Positions 7,159-15,920 of a stretch of DNA of 41,071 nucleotides are shown here, piece after piece. The DNA is taken from positions 1 through 41,071 of IMG/VR virus record IMGVR_UViG_3300037047_000141, one strand, 5' to 3'. Under the pieces are notes generated by a model. That model saw only the letters and a program-made list of their open reading frames with translations, searched no databases and was not told the origin of the DNA. Positions within the stretch are counted from its first letter, which is position 1; each line of letters begins with the position of its first letter. The stretch comes from a virus (Duplodnaviria; Caudoviricetes). The position numbers were made by a program, and so were the translations under genes.

Positions 7159-8871
7159 ATGCAAACAATTGAGTACATCGAAACACTGAACATCCGATCA
7201 AGTGACCTGAACCCCAGGAAAACATTTGATGATGATTCAATCAATGAACTGTCCAAATCAATCGTTGAGGTTGGGATTCTGCAGCCAATTATTCTGAGAG
7301 CATCTAAATACAAGAAAGGTGTTGAATCTTACGAGTTGGTATGTGGGGAGCGTAGGTGGAGAGCTGCCAAGGTAGCTGAACTTAAAACGGTCCCGGCAAT
7401 CATCCGGGAGTTGAAGGATCAGGAAGCACTGGATCTGATGATCACTGAAAATCTCCAGAGGAAGGATGTGAGTCCTCTTGAAGAAGCTGAGGCGTTTCAG
7501 AATTTGATCACACACCGCAAGTATGACATTCCAACATTAGTTGCCAGGTTCGGGAAAACAGAAAGCTACATCCGTCACCGGGTGAAATTGAATGACCTGA
7601 TTCCAAATTTTAAAACCTTGCTTCAGAATGAGGTGATTGGTATCGGCCATGCTCTCGAAATCTGCAAACTACAGGAAAAGGATCAGGGAGAACTTTATAA
7701 AGATAAGTTTTCTGAAGATGACAGATCGCGGAGCTGGTGGAATTGCCCTACAGTTAAAACACTCAAAGGAAATATCGAAACTGCATTCACGCTTAAATTG
7801 CAAGATGCTCCTTTTAGTGCAGATGACACCACTATCGATAAAAAAGCCGGAGCTTGCATCACATGTCCGAAGAACACCGCTTCAAATCTTATTCTCTTTC
7901 CTGATTCACCAAGCACTGGTGTTTGTCTCGATCGTGTGTGCTTTAAGAAAAAATCTGATATTCATTTCGATCGGGAGTTAAAGCGGATTCAGGAAGAGGA
8001 GCCCGGGATCGTTTTGGCCTATCCAAATTACACATATGGAGAGGCCGAAAAGAAGTTAAAGGATCTCAAGAAAAAGGGCATTGAAGCGTTGGAAATCTCA
8101 TGGAACTCCGGATGGAGCGAAGTTAACGAACCAGAGCTTCCTGAGAAACCAGTTGAATCTGACTTTGAACCAGAAGAATACAAGGAAGCCCTTTCTGAGT
8201 ATGAAGGTGAAATGGTTGACTACGAAAATGAGCTTAAGGAATATCAGGAAAAGGTAAACAGTGGATCAGTGCGTAAGGCTTTTATGCTTGTCGGTAGGGA
8301 TGAAGGTAAGTTCATTTACATCGAACCAAACGGGAAGTCAAAATCCACATCCAACACCAGCGGAGAGGTTGATTTGACAAAACAGCAGATTGAGGAACTT
8401 CAGGCAAAGATCAAGAGAGATGAAGAACTCAACTTTGAAAAGCTATACAACGCAGCAAAGACAATGCTCAATGATTCAGCATATAAGAACAATACAGATC
8501 CTCTAACAGAAAAAGAATGGATTGCTTCTTATGTAATCATGATGAAAAGAGCTTCGATGGATCTTAACGAAGAAATTTTCGATAAAGATAGTCGAAGCTA
8601 TGTTAAAAATGAACTAAGATTTCCAGCAGCTTACCGCTTAACAGATAGCCAAAAGAACAAGGTTTTCAGATCGTGGATGATCAATGAACTTGAAACTTCC
8701 TCCCCTAATTATCTGATCAGCGAATCCAAATCTCTCATAGAGATTGCCAGGGAAAAATTTCCTGATCAGTTAACTCAGGTAGAACTTGAGCTTCAGGGTA
8801 GATTCCTCAAACGCAAGGAGAAAACCGAAAAACTGATTGCAGACTTGAATGCAAAATCGAAAAAGAAATAA
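7159..8871 (+). CDS. Long ParB/RepB/Spo0J-family protein
   Basis: NPRKTF, GILQPI, GERRWRA arginine patch, ENLQRKD, HTH; CxxC...CxxxxC cluster. Confidence 0.9.
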   Translation: MQTIEYIETLNIRSSDLNPRKTFDDDSINELSKSIVEVGILQPIILRASKYKKGVESYELVCGERRWRAAKVAELKTVPAIIRELKDQEALDLMITENLQRKDVSPLEEAEAFQNLITHRKYDIPTLVARFGKTESYIRHRVKLNDLIPNFKTLLQNEVIGIGHALEICKLQEKDQGELYKDKFSEDDRSRSWWNCPTVKTLKGNIETAFTLKLQDAPFSADDTTIDKKAGACITCPKNTASNLILFPDSPSTGVCLDRVCFKKKSDIHFDRELKRIQEEEPGIVLAYPNYTYGEAEKKLKDLKKKGIEALEISWNSGWSEVNEPELPEKPVESDFEPEEYKEALSEYEGEMVDYENELKEYQEKVNSGSVRKAFMLVGRDEGKFIYIEPNGKSKSTSNTSGEVDLTKQQIEELQAKIKRDEELNFEKLYNAAKTMLNDSAYKNNTDPLTEKEWIASYVIMMKRASMDLNEEIFDKDSRSYVKNELRFPAAYRLTDSQKNKVFRSWMINELETSSPNYLISESKSLIEIAREKFPDQLTQVELELQGRFLKRKEKTEKLIADLNAKSKKK

Positions 8872-8876
8872 GGGGA

Positions 8877-9695
8877 ATGGCTAAGACACGCGACTTTCCG
8901 ACCGAGCTCAGACACTTTGTAAAGGTTTTGAATTCCTTCAAAGGCTATTGGTATGACTACGATATCTTTCGCGATTTCATAGATTATACCGCAGCCAGTT
9001 TTTTATGGGAGGGCGACAAGGAATTAGCTGAGCGGCTTAAGGATACTTACAAGGATGATTATCCAAGGTTTGCTGAAATGTTTGTGGCTTTGGTTCAAAC
9101 TATGAATGACCGGATTGTTGAGGAGTTGGACTGGTATGATGCTTTGGGAACCTTATATGAGGAGATCTCTTCAAGAAGTAAATCTTCATTGCTTGGCCAG
9201 TTCTTTACTCCTCCCACGGTATGTGACTTTATGGCTCAAATTCAGCAACCACTTTCTGAATGTGGAGAGAAGAGAACCGGTTTGACTGTAAATGATCCTG
9301 CCAGTGGCTCAGGAAGAACCCTGCTTGCCTTTAAGAAAGTAGCACCAGGGAATTATCTGGTTGGTCAGGATCTGGATGCCATATGTACAAAAATGACTGC
9401 CATCAATATGGCTTTGCATGGCTGTACTGGCCAGGCATTAAACGGGGATAGTTTGCGACCGGACAATTTCGTATTTGGCTACGAGGTTAATTCAATGCTA
9501 AAGCTCACTGGCGGATTGCCTCATCTACTTCCCTTGAGAAAGGAGCAATCTGTATCCTACCGTATGTGGCATAATAAGCTCGGAGAGCCGATGCCGGTGC
9601 CTCAGTCACTCACTGTCCCGGATTCTGAACCACTGCCTTTGCAGAAGATAGCCAAGCGGCAATTTGAAGCCGGTGTGCAACTTTCAATTTTCTGA
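8877..9695 (+). CDS. N-6 DNA methylase (HsdM-like) domain protein lacking catalytic motif IV
   Basis: LGQFFTP, VNDPASGSG, GQDLD and GDSL present; no NPP(F/Y). Confidence 0.8.
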   Translation: MAKTRDFPTELRHFVKVLNSFKGYWYDYDIFRDFIDYTAASFLWEGDKELAERLKDTYKDDYPRFAEMFVALVQTMNDRIVEELDWYDALGTLYEEISSRSKSSLLGQFFTPPTVCDFMAQIQQPLSECGEKRTGLTVNDPASGSGRTLLAFKKVAPGNYLVGQDLDAICTKMTAINMALHGCTGQALNGDSLRPDNFVFGYEVNSMLKLTGGLPHLLPLRKEQSVSYRMWHNKLGEPMPVPQSLTVPDSEPLPLQKIAKRQFEAGVQLSIF

Positions 9696-9696
9696 T

Positions 9697-9900
9697 ATGG
9701 ATCCAATAGTAAAAAGAAGGTATAACCTTACTTACAAGGCCAAAAAAGCCGGAGCCCAGATTGATGGGAGAAAATTGCAGGTGATTACTGCTTTTGAAGA
9801 CTTTGCATACCTGGTCAAGAATCGTTTTGCGTTGGCATTGATAAACGAGTACAATTTTGAGATCAAACAAGACAGACAACTACGCCTAAAACTGAAATAA
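9697..9900 (+). CDS. Hypothetical protein (start revised to ATG 9697)
   Basis: ATG 1 nt after the previous stop; TAATG-coupled to the helicase. Confidence 0.65.
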   Translation: MDPIVKRRYNLTYKAKKAGAQIDGRKLQVITAFEDFAYLVKNRFALALINEYNFEIKQDRQLRLKLK

Positions 9901-11558
9901 TGATTATCACTAAACAAGGAAAATTTTTCCGGATATCATTCAAATATTCTCCCTTCCTGATAGAAAAGGTAAAAGAACTGCCAGGAAGGGGCTATGATCC
10001 AACAAATAAATGTTGGGTGGTACCTGAAGCACATGAAGCTGAGGTCAGGAGCTTTGGACAGAGGTACAACTTCCAATTTGGTCTTGACATCGAGGATGAA
10101 AATGTAGGAGTAATTCCGGAAATGCCTGCCCTGGACACTCCGGTAAATCTGAAAATGAATTTATTTCCTTTCCAGGGAACGGGAGTTGCATATTCGCTTC
10201 AGAAGAAAAGGTTGATAATTGGCGATCAGCCCGGGCTCGGTAAAACAGCACAGGCCATTGCAACTATAACAGCAGCCAGTGCTTTTCCCTGCCTGGTAAT
10301 TTGCCCGAGCTCACTCAAGATCAACTGGCAACGAGAATGGCATATGTGGACTGACAAAAAGGCGATGATCTTGAATGATAATGTTAAACAAAACTTTCAT
10401 CTTTTTTACAGCTCTGGATTGACACACGTTTTTATAGTCAACTATGAAAGCCTCAAAAAGTACTTTGTTCAGAGCATAAACAAACCCGAGAATGCAAAAT
10501 TGAGGCTTAACCATATCAAATTCAAAGAACAGTTTACCGGCATATTTAATTCAGTGATTATCGATGAAAGCCATCGGGTTAAATCTCTGGCCACTCAGCA
10601 AACCAAGTTCACCAAAGGTATCTGTACAGGCAAGGAGTACATCCTGGCTTTAACTGGTACACCAGTAATCAATAAGCCAAAAGATCTTATCAGTCAGCTG
10701 GGGATTATTGAGCAACTGGCTGCATTTGGTGGTTATAAAAACTTTGTGCAGCGATACTGCTCTGGACCGAATGAAGCTAGTAATCTTCGGGAGTTGAACT
10801 ACAAGCTGAATCTAAACTGCTTCTACCGGAGGGATAAACAGGATGTGCTCAAAGATCTTCCAGCCAAAATGCGTCAGGTTGCATTATGTGATATTTCAAC
10901 TCGTAAGGAATATGCCGATGCTGAAGCAAGCCTGGTTCAATATCTGATCAGATACAAGGATGCTGATGATGAGAAAATTGCCAGGGCGCTTCGAGGCGAG
11001 ATCATGGTGATGATTGGAATCCTAAAGAATATTTCAGCCCGGGGCAAACTTAAAGATGTATTTGAGTTTGTCGATGATATCCTTGAATCAGGGGAGAAGC
11101 TCGTAATCTTCGCACACCTCAAAGAGGTGATATCTGCTATTCATAAGCAATATCCGGATGCTGTGACCATCACTGGTGATGATTCATCATCATCCCGGCA
11201 ATATGCTGTTGATTCCTTCCAGAAAAATCCGGACCAGAAACTAATTATCTGCAGTATTAAAGCTGCCGGTGTCGGATTAACACTTACAGCCAGTTCACGG
11301 GTTGCTTTTGTAGAGCTTCCTTGGACAGCAGCTGATTGCGATCAATGCGAGGACAGGTGTCATCGTATTGGCCAACATGATTCTGTGACATGTACTTACT
11401 TCCTTGGTCAGAACACGATCGATGAGAAGATCTACCGGATTATTCAAACAAAGCGCGAGATCGCGGCCACGGTGACTGGTGCTACAGAACAAATTGAAGA
11501 AAGCATCGTCGACCTGGTAGCGGATCTATTTAATCAACCTCAATTAATGGAATCATGA
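9900..11558 (+). CDS. SNF2-family helicase with N-terminal HARP-like domain
   Basis: GDQPGLGKT, DESH, LTGTP, AAGVGLTLTA, QCEDRCHRIGQ; N-terminal FKYSPFLIEKVKELPGRGYDP..KCW. Confidence 0.92.
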   Translation: MIITKQGKFFRISFKYSPFLIEKVKELPGRGYDPTNKCWVVPEAHEAEVRSFGQRYNFQFGLDIEDENVGVIPEMPALDTPVNLKMNLFPFQGTGVAYSLQKKRLIIGDQPGLGKTAQAIATITAASAFPCLVICPSSLKINWQREWHMWTDKKAMILNDNVKQNFHLFYSSGLTHVFIVNYESLKKYFVQSINKPENAKLRLNHIKFKEQFTGIFNSVIIDESHRVKSLATQQTKFTKGICTGKEYILALTGTPVINKPKDLISQLGIIEQLAAFGGYKNFVQRYCSGPNEASNLRELNYKLNLNCFYRRDKQDVLKDLPAKMRQVALCDISTRKEYADAEASLVQYLIRYKDADDEKIARALRGEIMVMIGILKNISARGKLKDVFEFVDDILESGEKLVIFAHLKEVISAIHKQYPDAVTITGDDSSSSRQYAVDSFQKNPDQKLIICSIKAAGVGLTLTASSRVAFVELPWTAADCDQCEDRCHRIGQHDSVTCTYFLGQNTIDEKIYRIIQTKREIAATVTGATEQIEESIVDLVADLFNQPQLMES

Positions 11559-11854
11559 CAAAATATGAACTAGTCACTTTACAGTTTGAACTTTGGTTGT
11601 ACACGGGTTTACCAATTACAGCTCTTGCAATTGGAGGCTTTCTTTACATGCATTTGAAACTAAAGAAAGGGAACAAAGAAACCTTGAGAACTTGGAGAGA
11701 GAATCTGACCTATGGAGACAAGGTAGCAGTTAATGATGGGGCAGTCAAGTTTAATGCTCAAATTACTCAAGTCTGGGAGGACCGGGTTCAGGTAATCAGC
11801 AAAGACATGAGAGTGGCCGCATATCCAAAGGAAGTAATCTACCCAATTGAATAG
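11555..11854 (+). CDS. Single-TM membrane protein with YajC-like architecture
   Basis: TM at about residues 13-32, basic helix, LTYGDKVAVNDG beta-barrel. Confidence 0.6.
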   Translation: MTKYELVTLQFELWLYTGLPITALAIGGFLYMHLKLKKGNKETLRTWRENLTYGDKVAVNDGAVKFNAQITQVWEDRVQVISKDMRVAAYPKEVIYPIE

Positions 11855-11857
11855 CTT

Positions 11858-12643
11858 ATGAATTACATTGAGTTAATTAACCAATTTTGGCAAATCAGAC
11901 GGAGCAAGAGAATAACCAGCTTACAGGCGGATGTTTACTTCACTTTATTAAATGAGTGCAACCTACGTGGCTGGGAGAATCCTTTCGAGGTTTCCAACAA
12001 GTTAATCTGCGCGACAATCGGCATCAGCGAACCAAGCCTGATAGATTCTCGCAACCGATTACAGCAAATTGGTTTAATTGAGTTTCAAAACGGGAAAAGA
12101 AACAGCCAATCACCAGTTTATTACTTAAATATTTTAAGTAGAAACCGAACTGTCACTTTAGTAGAACCTTTAGTAACTTCTTTAGATGAAACCGAGGAGA
12201 AAGCCGAACCTTTTATTAAACTAAACGAAACAAAACAAAATAAAAGAAGACCTCCTTTATCCCCTGTCGGGGATCCTGAATTTCCGGCATCAAAAATTAT
12301 TGATTTGTATAATCAGATTTGTAAAAATCTCCCAGCTGTTAAAATCCTTACAGAAAAAAGACGAAAGGCCATAAATGCCAGGATGAGGGAGCATGGCAAT
12401 GAAAAAGTAATTCAGATGCTTGAGAATGCCTCGAAATCAAATTTCCTTGCCGGGCAAAGTCAACGAGGATTTATAGCAGATCTTGATTGGCTGTTTAAAC
12501 CTGAAAATTTTGCTAAAACGCTCGAAGGCAAATATGATGACCGCAATAAGCCAGGATACCAGGGAGCAACAACAACAAATGGGAAAGATTCTAATGTCGA
12601 GTACCTCGAAGGTGCTTATGAACGACTAACTCAACAGCCATGA
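11858..12643 (+). CDS. Phage replication initiator (DnaD-like/O-like)
   Basis: MNYIELINQFW winged-helix N-terminus, low-complexity linker, C-terminal ADLDWLFKPENFAKTLEGKYD. Confidence 0.85.
   Translation: MNYIELINQFWQIRRSKRITSLQADVYFTLLNECNLRGWENPFEVSNKLICATIGISEPSLIDSRNRLQQIGLIEFQNGKRNSQSPVYYLNILSRNRTVTLVEPLVTSLDETEEKAEPFIKLNETKQNKRRPPLSPVGDPEFPASKIIDLYNQICKNLPAVKILTEKRRKAINARMREHGNEKVIQMLENASKSNFLAGQSQRGFIADLDWLFKPENFAKTLEGKYDDRNKPGYQGATTTNGKDSNVEYLEGAYERLTQQP
12122..12185. repeat. Candidate replication-origin iterons within the initiator gene
   Basis: TACTTAAA-tat-TTTAAGTA dyad at 12122-12140; CTTTAG at 12156, 12168 and 12180 (12-bp period); A-rich tract follows. Confidence 0.5.
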
Positions 12644-13482
12644 CAACTTCAACTGCAGTTCAAAAATTAACGAACGTTTGTACTTACCTGGATAGTACCG
12701 AGAAGGTATTTGTTTCGGCTGCTCTTACAGCTCCTATCTCCAGGATGCCTCAGGATGATTTGTTCAGAGGAATTCTTCAGATTGTGAATAGATCCTACCT
12801 TGAGCTTGGGCAGATGCCAGCCGGAACTACTACTGAAGAAAGAGACAAATCACTGAAAGCACTTGCCAATTTGATAATCATCGATATCAAAGAGTTCTTC
12901 CCCCGGCTGACACTGGATGAATTCAATTTATCTGTCCGCAGGGGATTAAGGTTCGAGTATGGTAAATATTTTGGATTCAATGTACTTACAGTTCACAAGT
13001 TTATTGAGTCTTATCTGGCATGTGAAGAGAGGGAGAATGCTTTAATGAAACAGCAACGATTTATGCAAGCGCTTCAAGAGAAGCAGGAACCGGAAACTCT
13101 CACAATCGAGCAGAAGTGGGAAATAATGAAAAGTGGAATATTGAGACAATTTGAGACTTATCAATCCACAAAGGTCCTCAGAGATTTTGGCAATGCATCA
13201 TATGATTTCCTTGATAAGGCCGGGTTCATCAATTTGACTAATGATGAAAAGAAGAAGATCTACCAGGAGGCAGAAAATAAGTTACAGTCAGAAGCAATTG
13301 CGGACACCGGGTCAGATTTATTCATGGCCGCAGTCAGGAATAAATTCAAAGGGGAAGCACATAAGGCAGCGGTAATATCCAAAGCTAAGCAGCTGGCACT
13401 TGCTAAATTCTATGATTCCGATCCTGATGTTCCGGGAATACTTAATTCAAAACAAACTTTTAATACTTTCTGCAATGAGTGA
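12640..13482 (+). CDS. Hypothetical protein, possible helicase loader (P-like position)
   Basis: 280 aa, ATGA-coupled to the initiator; function inferred from synteny only. Confidence 0.55.
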   Translation: MTTSTAVQKLTNVCTYLDSTEKVFVSAALTAPISRMPQDDLFRGILQIVNRSYLELGQMPAGTTTEERDKSLKALANLIIIDIKEFFPRLTLDEFNLSVRRGLRFEYGKYFGFNVLTVHKFIESYLACEERENALMKQQRFMQALQEKQEPETLTIEQKWEIMKSGILRQFETYQSTKVLRDFGNASYDFLDKAGFINLTNDEKKKIYQEAENKLQSEAIADTGSDLFMAAVRNKFKGEAHKAAVISKAKQLALAKFYDSDPDVPGILNSKQTFNTFCNE

Positions 13483-13849
13483 AGAGGATTTACTACAGTC
13501 AGAATGTGTTCGCTGGTTTTCTTACCAGTACCCGAAGCTGAAGAAGCTCCTGTTCCATGTCCCAAACGGTGGGAAACGTCAATCTAAAATTAATAAGCAG
13601 GGGAAACGATATTCACCAGAAGCAAAAAAAATGAAGCTAATGGGAGTCGTTCCCGGGGTCTCAGACCTGATTCTCCTTGTATCCAGGAAAGGTTACGGCT
13701 CTCTTTGCCTTGAGATGAAAACTAAATCCGGAGATCAATCCCCAAGTCAAAAAGAGTGGGAGATCGAAGCGATCGCAGCCGGCAACAAATATGCTCTATG
13801 CCGTTCATTTGACGATTTTGAAAAAAACATTAAAGACTACCTGTCATGA
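13475..13849 (+). CDS. VRR-NUC domain nuclease (start revised to 13475)
   Basis: EEDLLQ, FHVPNGG, GVVPGVSDL, LEMKT, SPSQKEW motifs. Confidence 0.9.
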   Translation: MSEEDLLQSECVRWFSYQYPKLKKLLFHVPNGGKRQSKINKQGKRYSPEAKKMKLMGVVPGVSDLILLVSRKGYGSLCLEMKTKSGDQSPSQKEWEIEAIAAGNKYALCRSFDDFEKNIKDYLS

Positions 13850-14244
13850 TCAGCCCATACATCGCACCCGGGATCACTCATTCAAAGGATCGAATACTGA
13901 AAAAAATCGCGGCCATTTATAAGCTTGAAGTAAAGGATCTGTATATAAAAACAAGGGTGACTCGGATAGTTGAACCGCGACAAATATCAATCGCGATTAT
14001 GAAGCATGCCTGTAAGATGGCCAATAATGACCTGTCACTTGAATTTAATCAATCAGATTCTAACATTGTGCATGCCAGGAAGTGTGTGATGAATTTTTAT
14101 CAGAACGATAGAAGTTTCCGCAAAAGAGTAGATGACATCCTTGAGGCTATTTTCCCTTTTCAGGAAGAAAGAGCAATGATTCTTAGTAAAATGCTTGATC
14201 CGAATATGGAAAAGCTGAGACCAAAATGCATGATGGCACAATGA
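13846..14244 (+). CDS. Stand-alone DnaA C-terminal (domain IV)-like HTH protein
   Basis: IAAIYKLEVKDL..KTR.TRIVEPRQI....M...F...SNIVHARK.V pattern. Confidence 0.75.
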   Translation: MISPYIAPGITHSKDRILKKIAAIYKLEVKDLYIKTRVTRIVEPRQISIAIMKHACKMANNDLSLEFNQSDSNIVHARKCVMNFYQNDRSFRKRVDDILEAIFPFQEERAMILSKMLDPNMEKLRPKCMMAQ

Positions 14245-14283
14245 GAAAAGCAATTATTTCTGAGTCAAAATAAGGAGGGATAA

Positions 14284-14880
14284 ATGGGTAGATTGTCAAA
14301 CACTGACAAATATATAATTGACAACTATTTGTCAATGCCGGTTAAAAGATTGGCCGCGAATATTGGCCGCAGTCAAAACTATCTTAAAACCCGGATGAGA
14401 AAGCTTAAACTTATAATACCTCAAGAGATTATTGAGCAGAGAAAAAAGGATTCTCGAATTAAAATAGGTTCAACACCTCCCAACAAAGGAAAGAAAATGC
14501 CGGAAGAAATTAAAAACCGCATCAGGCACACATTCTTCAAACCGGGACACCTGCCAATGAACGCCAAGCATGATGGCTATATTTCGGTAAGGAAAGACAG
14601 TAAAGGAAGGTATTATGCTCACATCCGGATATCACAAGGCAAATTTGATCTTTTACACCGGCACATCTGGATTCAGGAAAATGGACCTATTCCACAAGGA
14701 ATGATTGTCGCTTTCAAAAATGGGAATTCATTGGACTGCAGGTTAGAGAACCTTGAAATAATTACCAGGAAAGAGAACATGATGAGAAATTCAATCATCA
14801 ATCTTCCGGAAGATCTGAGAGAAGTAATTTTAGTATTAACCCAACTTAAACGCAAAATTAAAAAGTATGAAAAACAATGA
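14284..14880 (+). CDS. HNH endonuclease-like protein with N-terminal HTH
   Basis: LHRHIW...GPIPQGMIVAFKNGNSLDCRLENLEIITRKEN; FKPGHLP.N motif. Confidence 0.85.
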   Translation: MGRLSNTDKYIIDNYLSMPVKRLAANIGRSQNYLKTRMRKLKLIIPQEIIEQRKKDSRIKIGSTPPNKGKKMPEEIKNRIRHTFFKPGHLPMNAKHDGYISVRKDSKGRYYAHIRISQGKFDLLHRHIWIQENGPIPQGMIVAFKNGNSLDCRLENLEIITRKENMMRNSIINLPEDLREVILVLTQLKRKIKKYEKQ

Positions 14881-15124
14881 CCTGACTGCACTTCGTGATC
14901 ACATGTTTGAAGTGATTGAGCGACTTAAACTGAAGAATGATCCGGATGCGGATGAAAAGGAAAAAATCGATGTCGAAACGGCAAAAGCAATCACCAATGC
15001 AGCTACAGTGATAGTTCACTCTGCAAAGGTTGAGGTTGACTTTCTTAAGCTCATCTCACAAGGTGATAATCCTGATGGTGTGAAGAATGCTGCCAGTAAA
15101 ACGCAATTTCTTTTACCAAAGTAG
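14867..15124 (+). CDS. Conserved small phage protein adjoining the HNH gene
   Basis: LRDHMFEVIERL...AKAI...IVHSAKVEVDF; overlaps the HNH stop. Confidence 0.75.
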   Translation: MKNNDLTALRDHMFEVIERLKLKNDPDADEKEKIDVETAKAITNAATVIVHSAKVEVDFLKLISQGDNPDGVKNAASKTQFLLPK

Positions 15125-15132
15125 GAGGGAAA

Positions 15133-15366
15133 ATGTACTTATCAAAAGAAGATCGTGACTTACATCATAGCCTTGGCCATGTCGTTCTCAGGCCAAGAAG
15201 ATCTGCAAGAACCAAAAAATGGGAGATAACCCATTACAACGGATGCCGGTATAATGCATACACATTCGACAAGTTCGAAACATGGGAGGATTGCCAGGCA
15301 AGAATAACCGAAATGGTTAAAGAAAACCCACGGAAGTTCATTTCAGATTACCAAAAGGAGGACTAA
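15133..15366 (+). CDS. Hypothetical protein
   Basis: 77 aa; AGGAGG upstream. Confidence 0.65.
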   Translation: MYLSKEDRDLHHSLGHVVLRPRRSARTKKWEITHYNGCRYNAYTFDKFETWEDCQARITEMVKENPRKFISDYQKED

Positions 15367-15369
15367 ATC

Positions 15370-15741
15370 ATGAAAATAAAATCGATACTGAATTCGAACG
15401 GATTCCTGATCACAGCGTGGATTCTATTTAATGCTATAGTCTTTTCTTGGCTCTCCATCATAATAGAGGAAAATATTTCCAACAATGAGCGAAATATTTC
15501 CATTCCGGAACAATTATCTCCAAAAGCCGGTGAAAAATTGCTCATCGGATCAACCTACCTGTACTTTCCTTCAGACTCCATCAATCCGTATTTTACGATT
15601 CATCCTGATACGGTTGTTGTAGTTGATACTTCCCGGGGCTATGTGCTCTTTTATGGTTTTTTCGGTGAGAAAAGCGAAGAAATCAGAACATTTGTCAAGT
15701 ATTCAAAACTTTATAAAATCGATGGAGGGTATAATCCATGA
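15370..15741 (+). CDS. Hypothetical membrane-anchored protein
   Basis: N-terminal TM FLITAWILFNAIVFSWLSIII. Confidence 0.65.
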   Translation: MKIKSILNSNGFLITAWILFNAIVFSWLSIIIEENISNNERNISIPEQLSPKAGEKLLIGSTYLYFPSDSINPYFTIHPDTVVVVDTSRGYVLFYGFFGEKSEEIRTFVKYSKLYKIDGGYNP

Positions 15742-15920
15742 TCATAATTTCTCAAATCAGAATCGAACTCCAGCCAGAAGCAATTCTTCCATGCAGCATC
15801 GAAACAGATGAATCCCTTGACAGCTTTAGAAAAAGGATTCAGGATGATCTTGAAAGATACAATATCAAATCCACTGTTGAATTCATCTACAAAGAGTCTT
15901 CAGATAACAACCAGAAGTGA
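15738..15920 (+). CDS. Hypothetical protein
   Basis: 60 aa; overlapping stop/start junctions at both ends. Confidence 0.55.
   Translation: MIIISQIRIELQPEAILPCSIETDESLDSFRKRIQDDLERYNIKSTVEFIYKESSDNNQK

Noticed and set aside
8877-9695. Type I restriction-modification system
   Set aside because: No HsdS or HsdR, and the MTase-like protein lacks motif IV.
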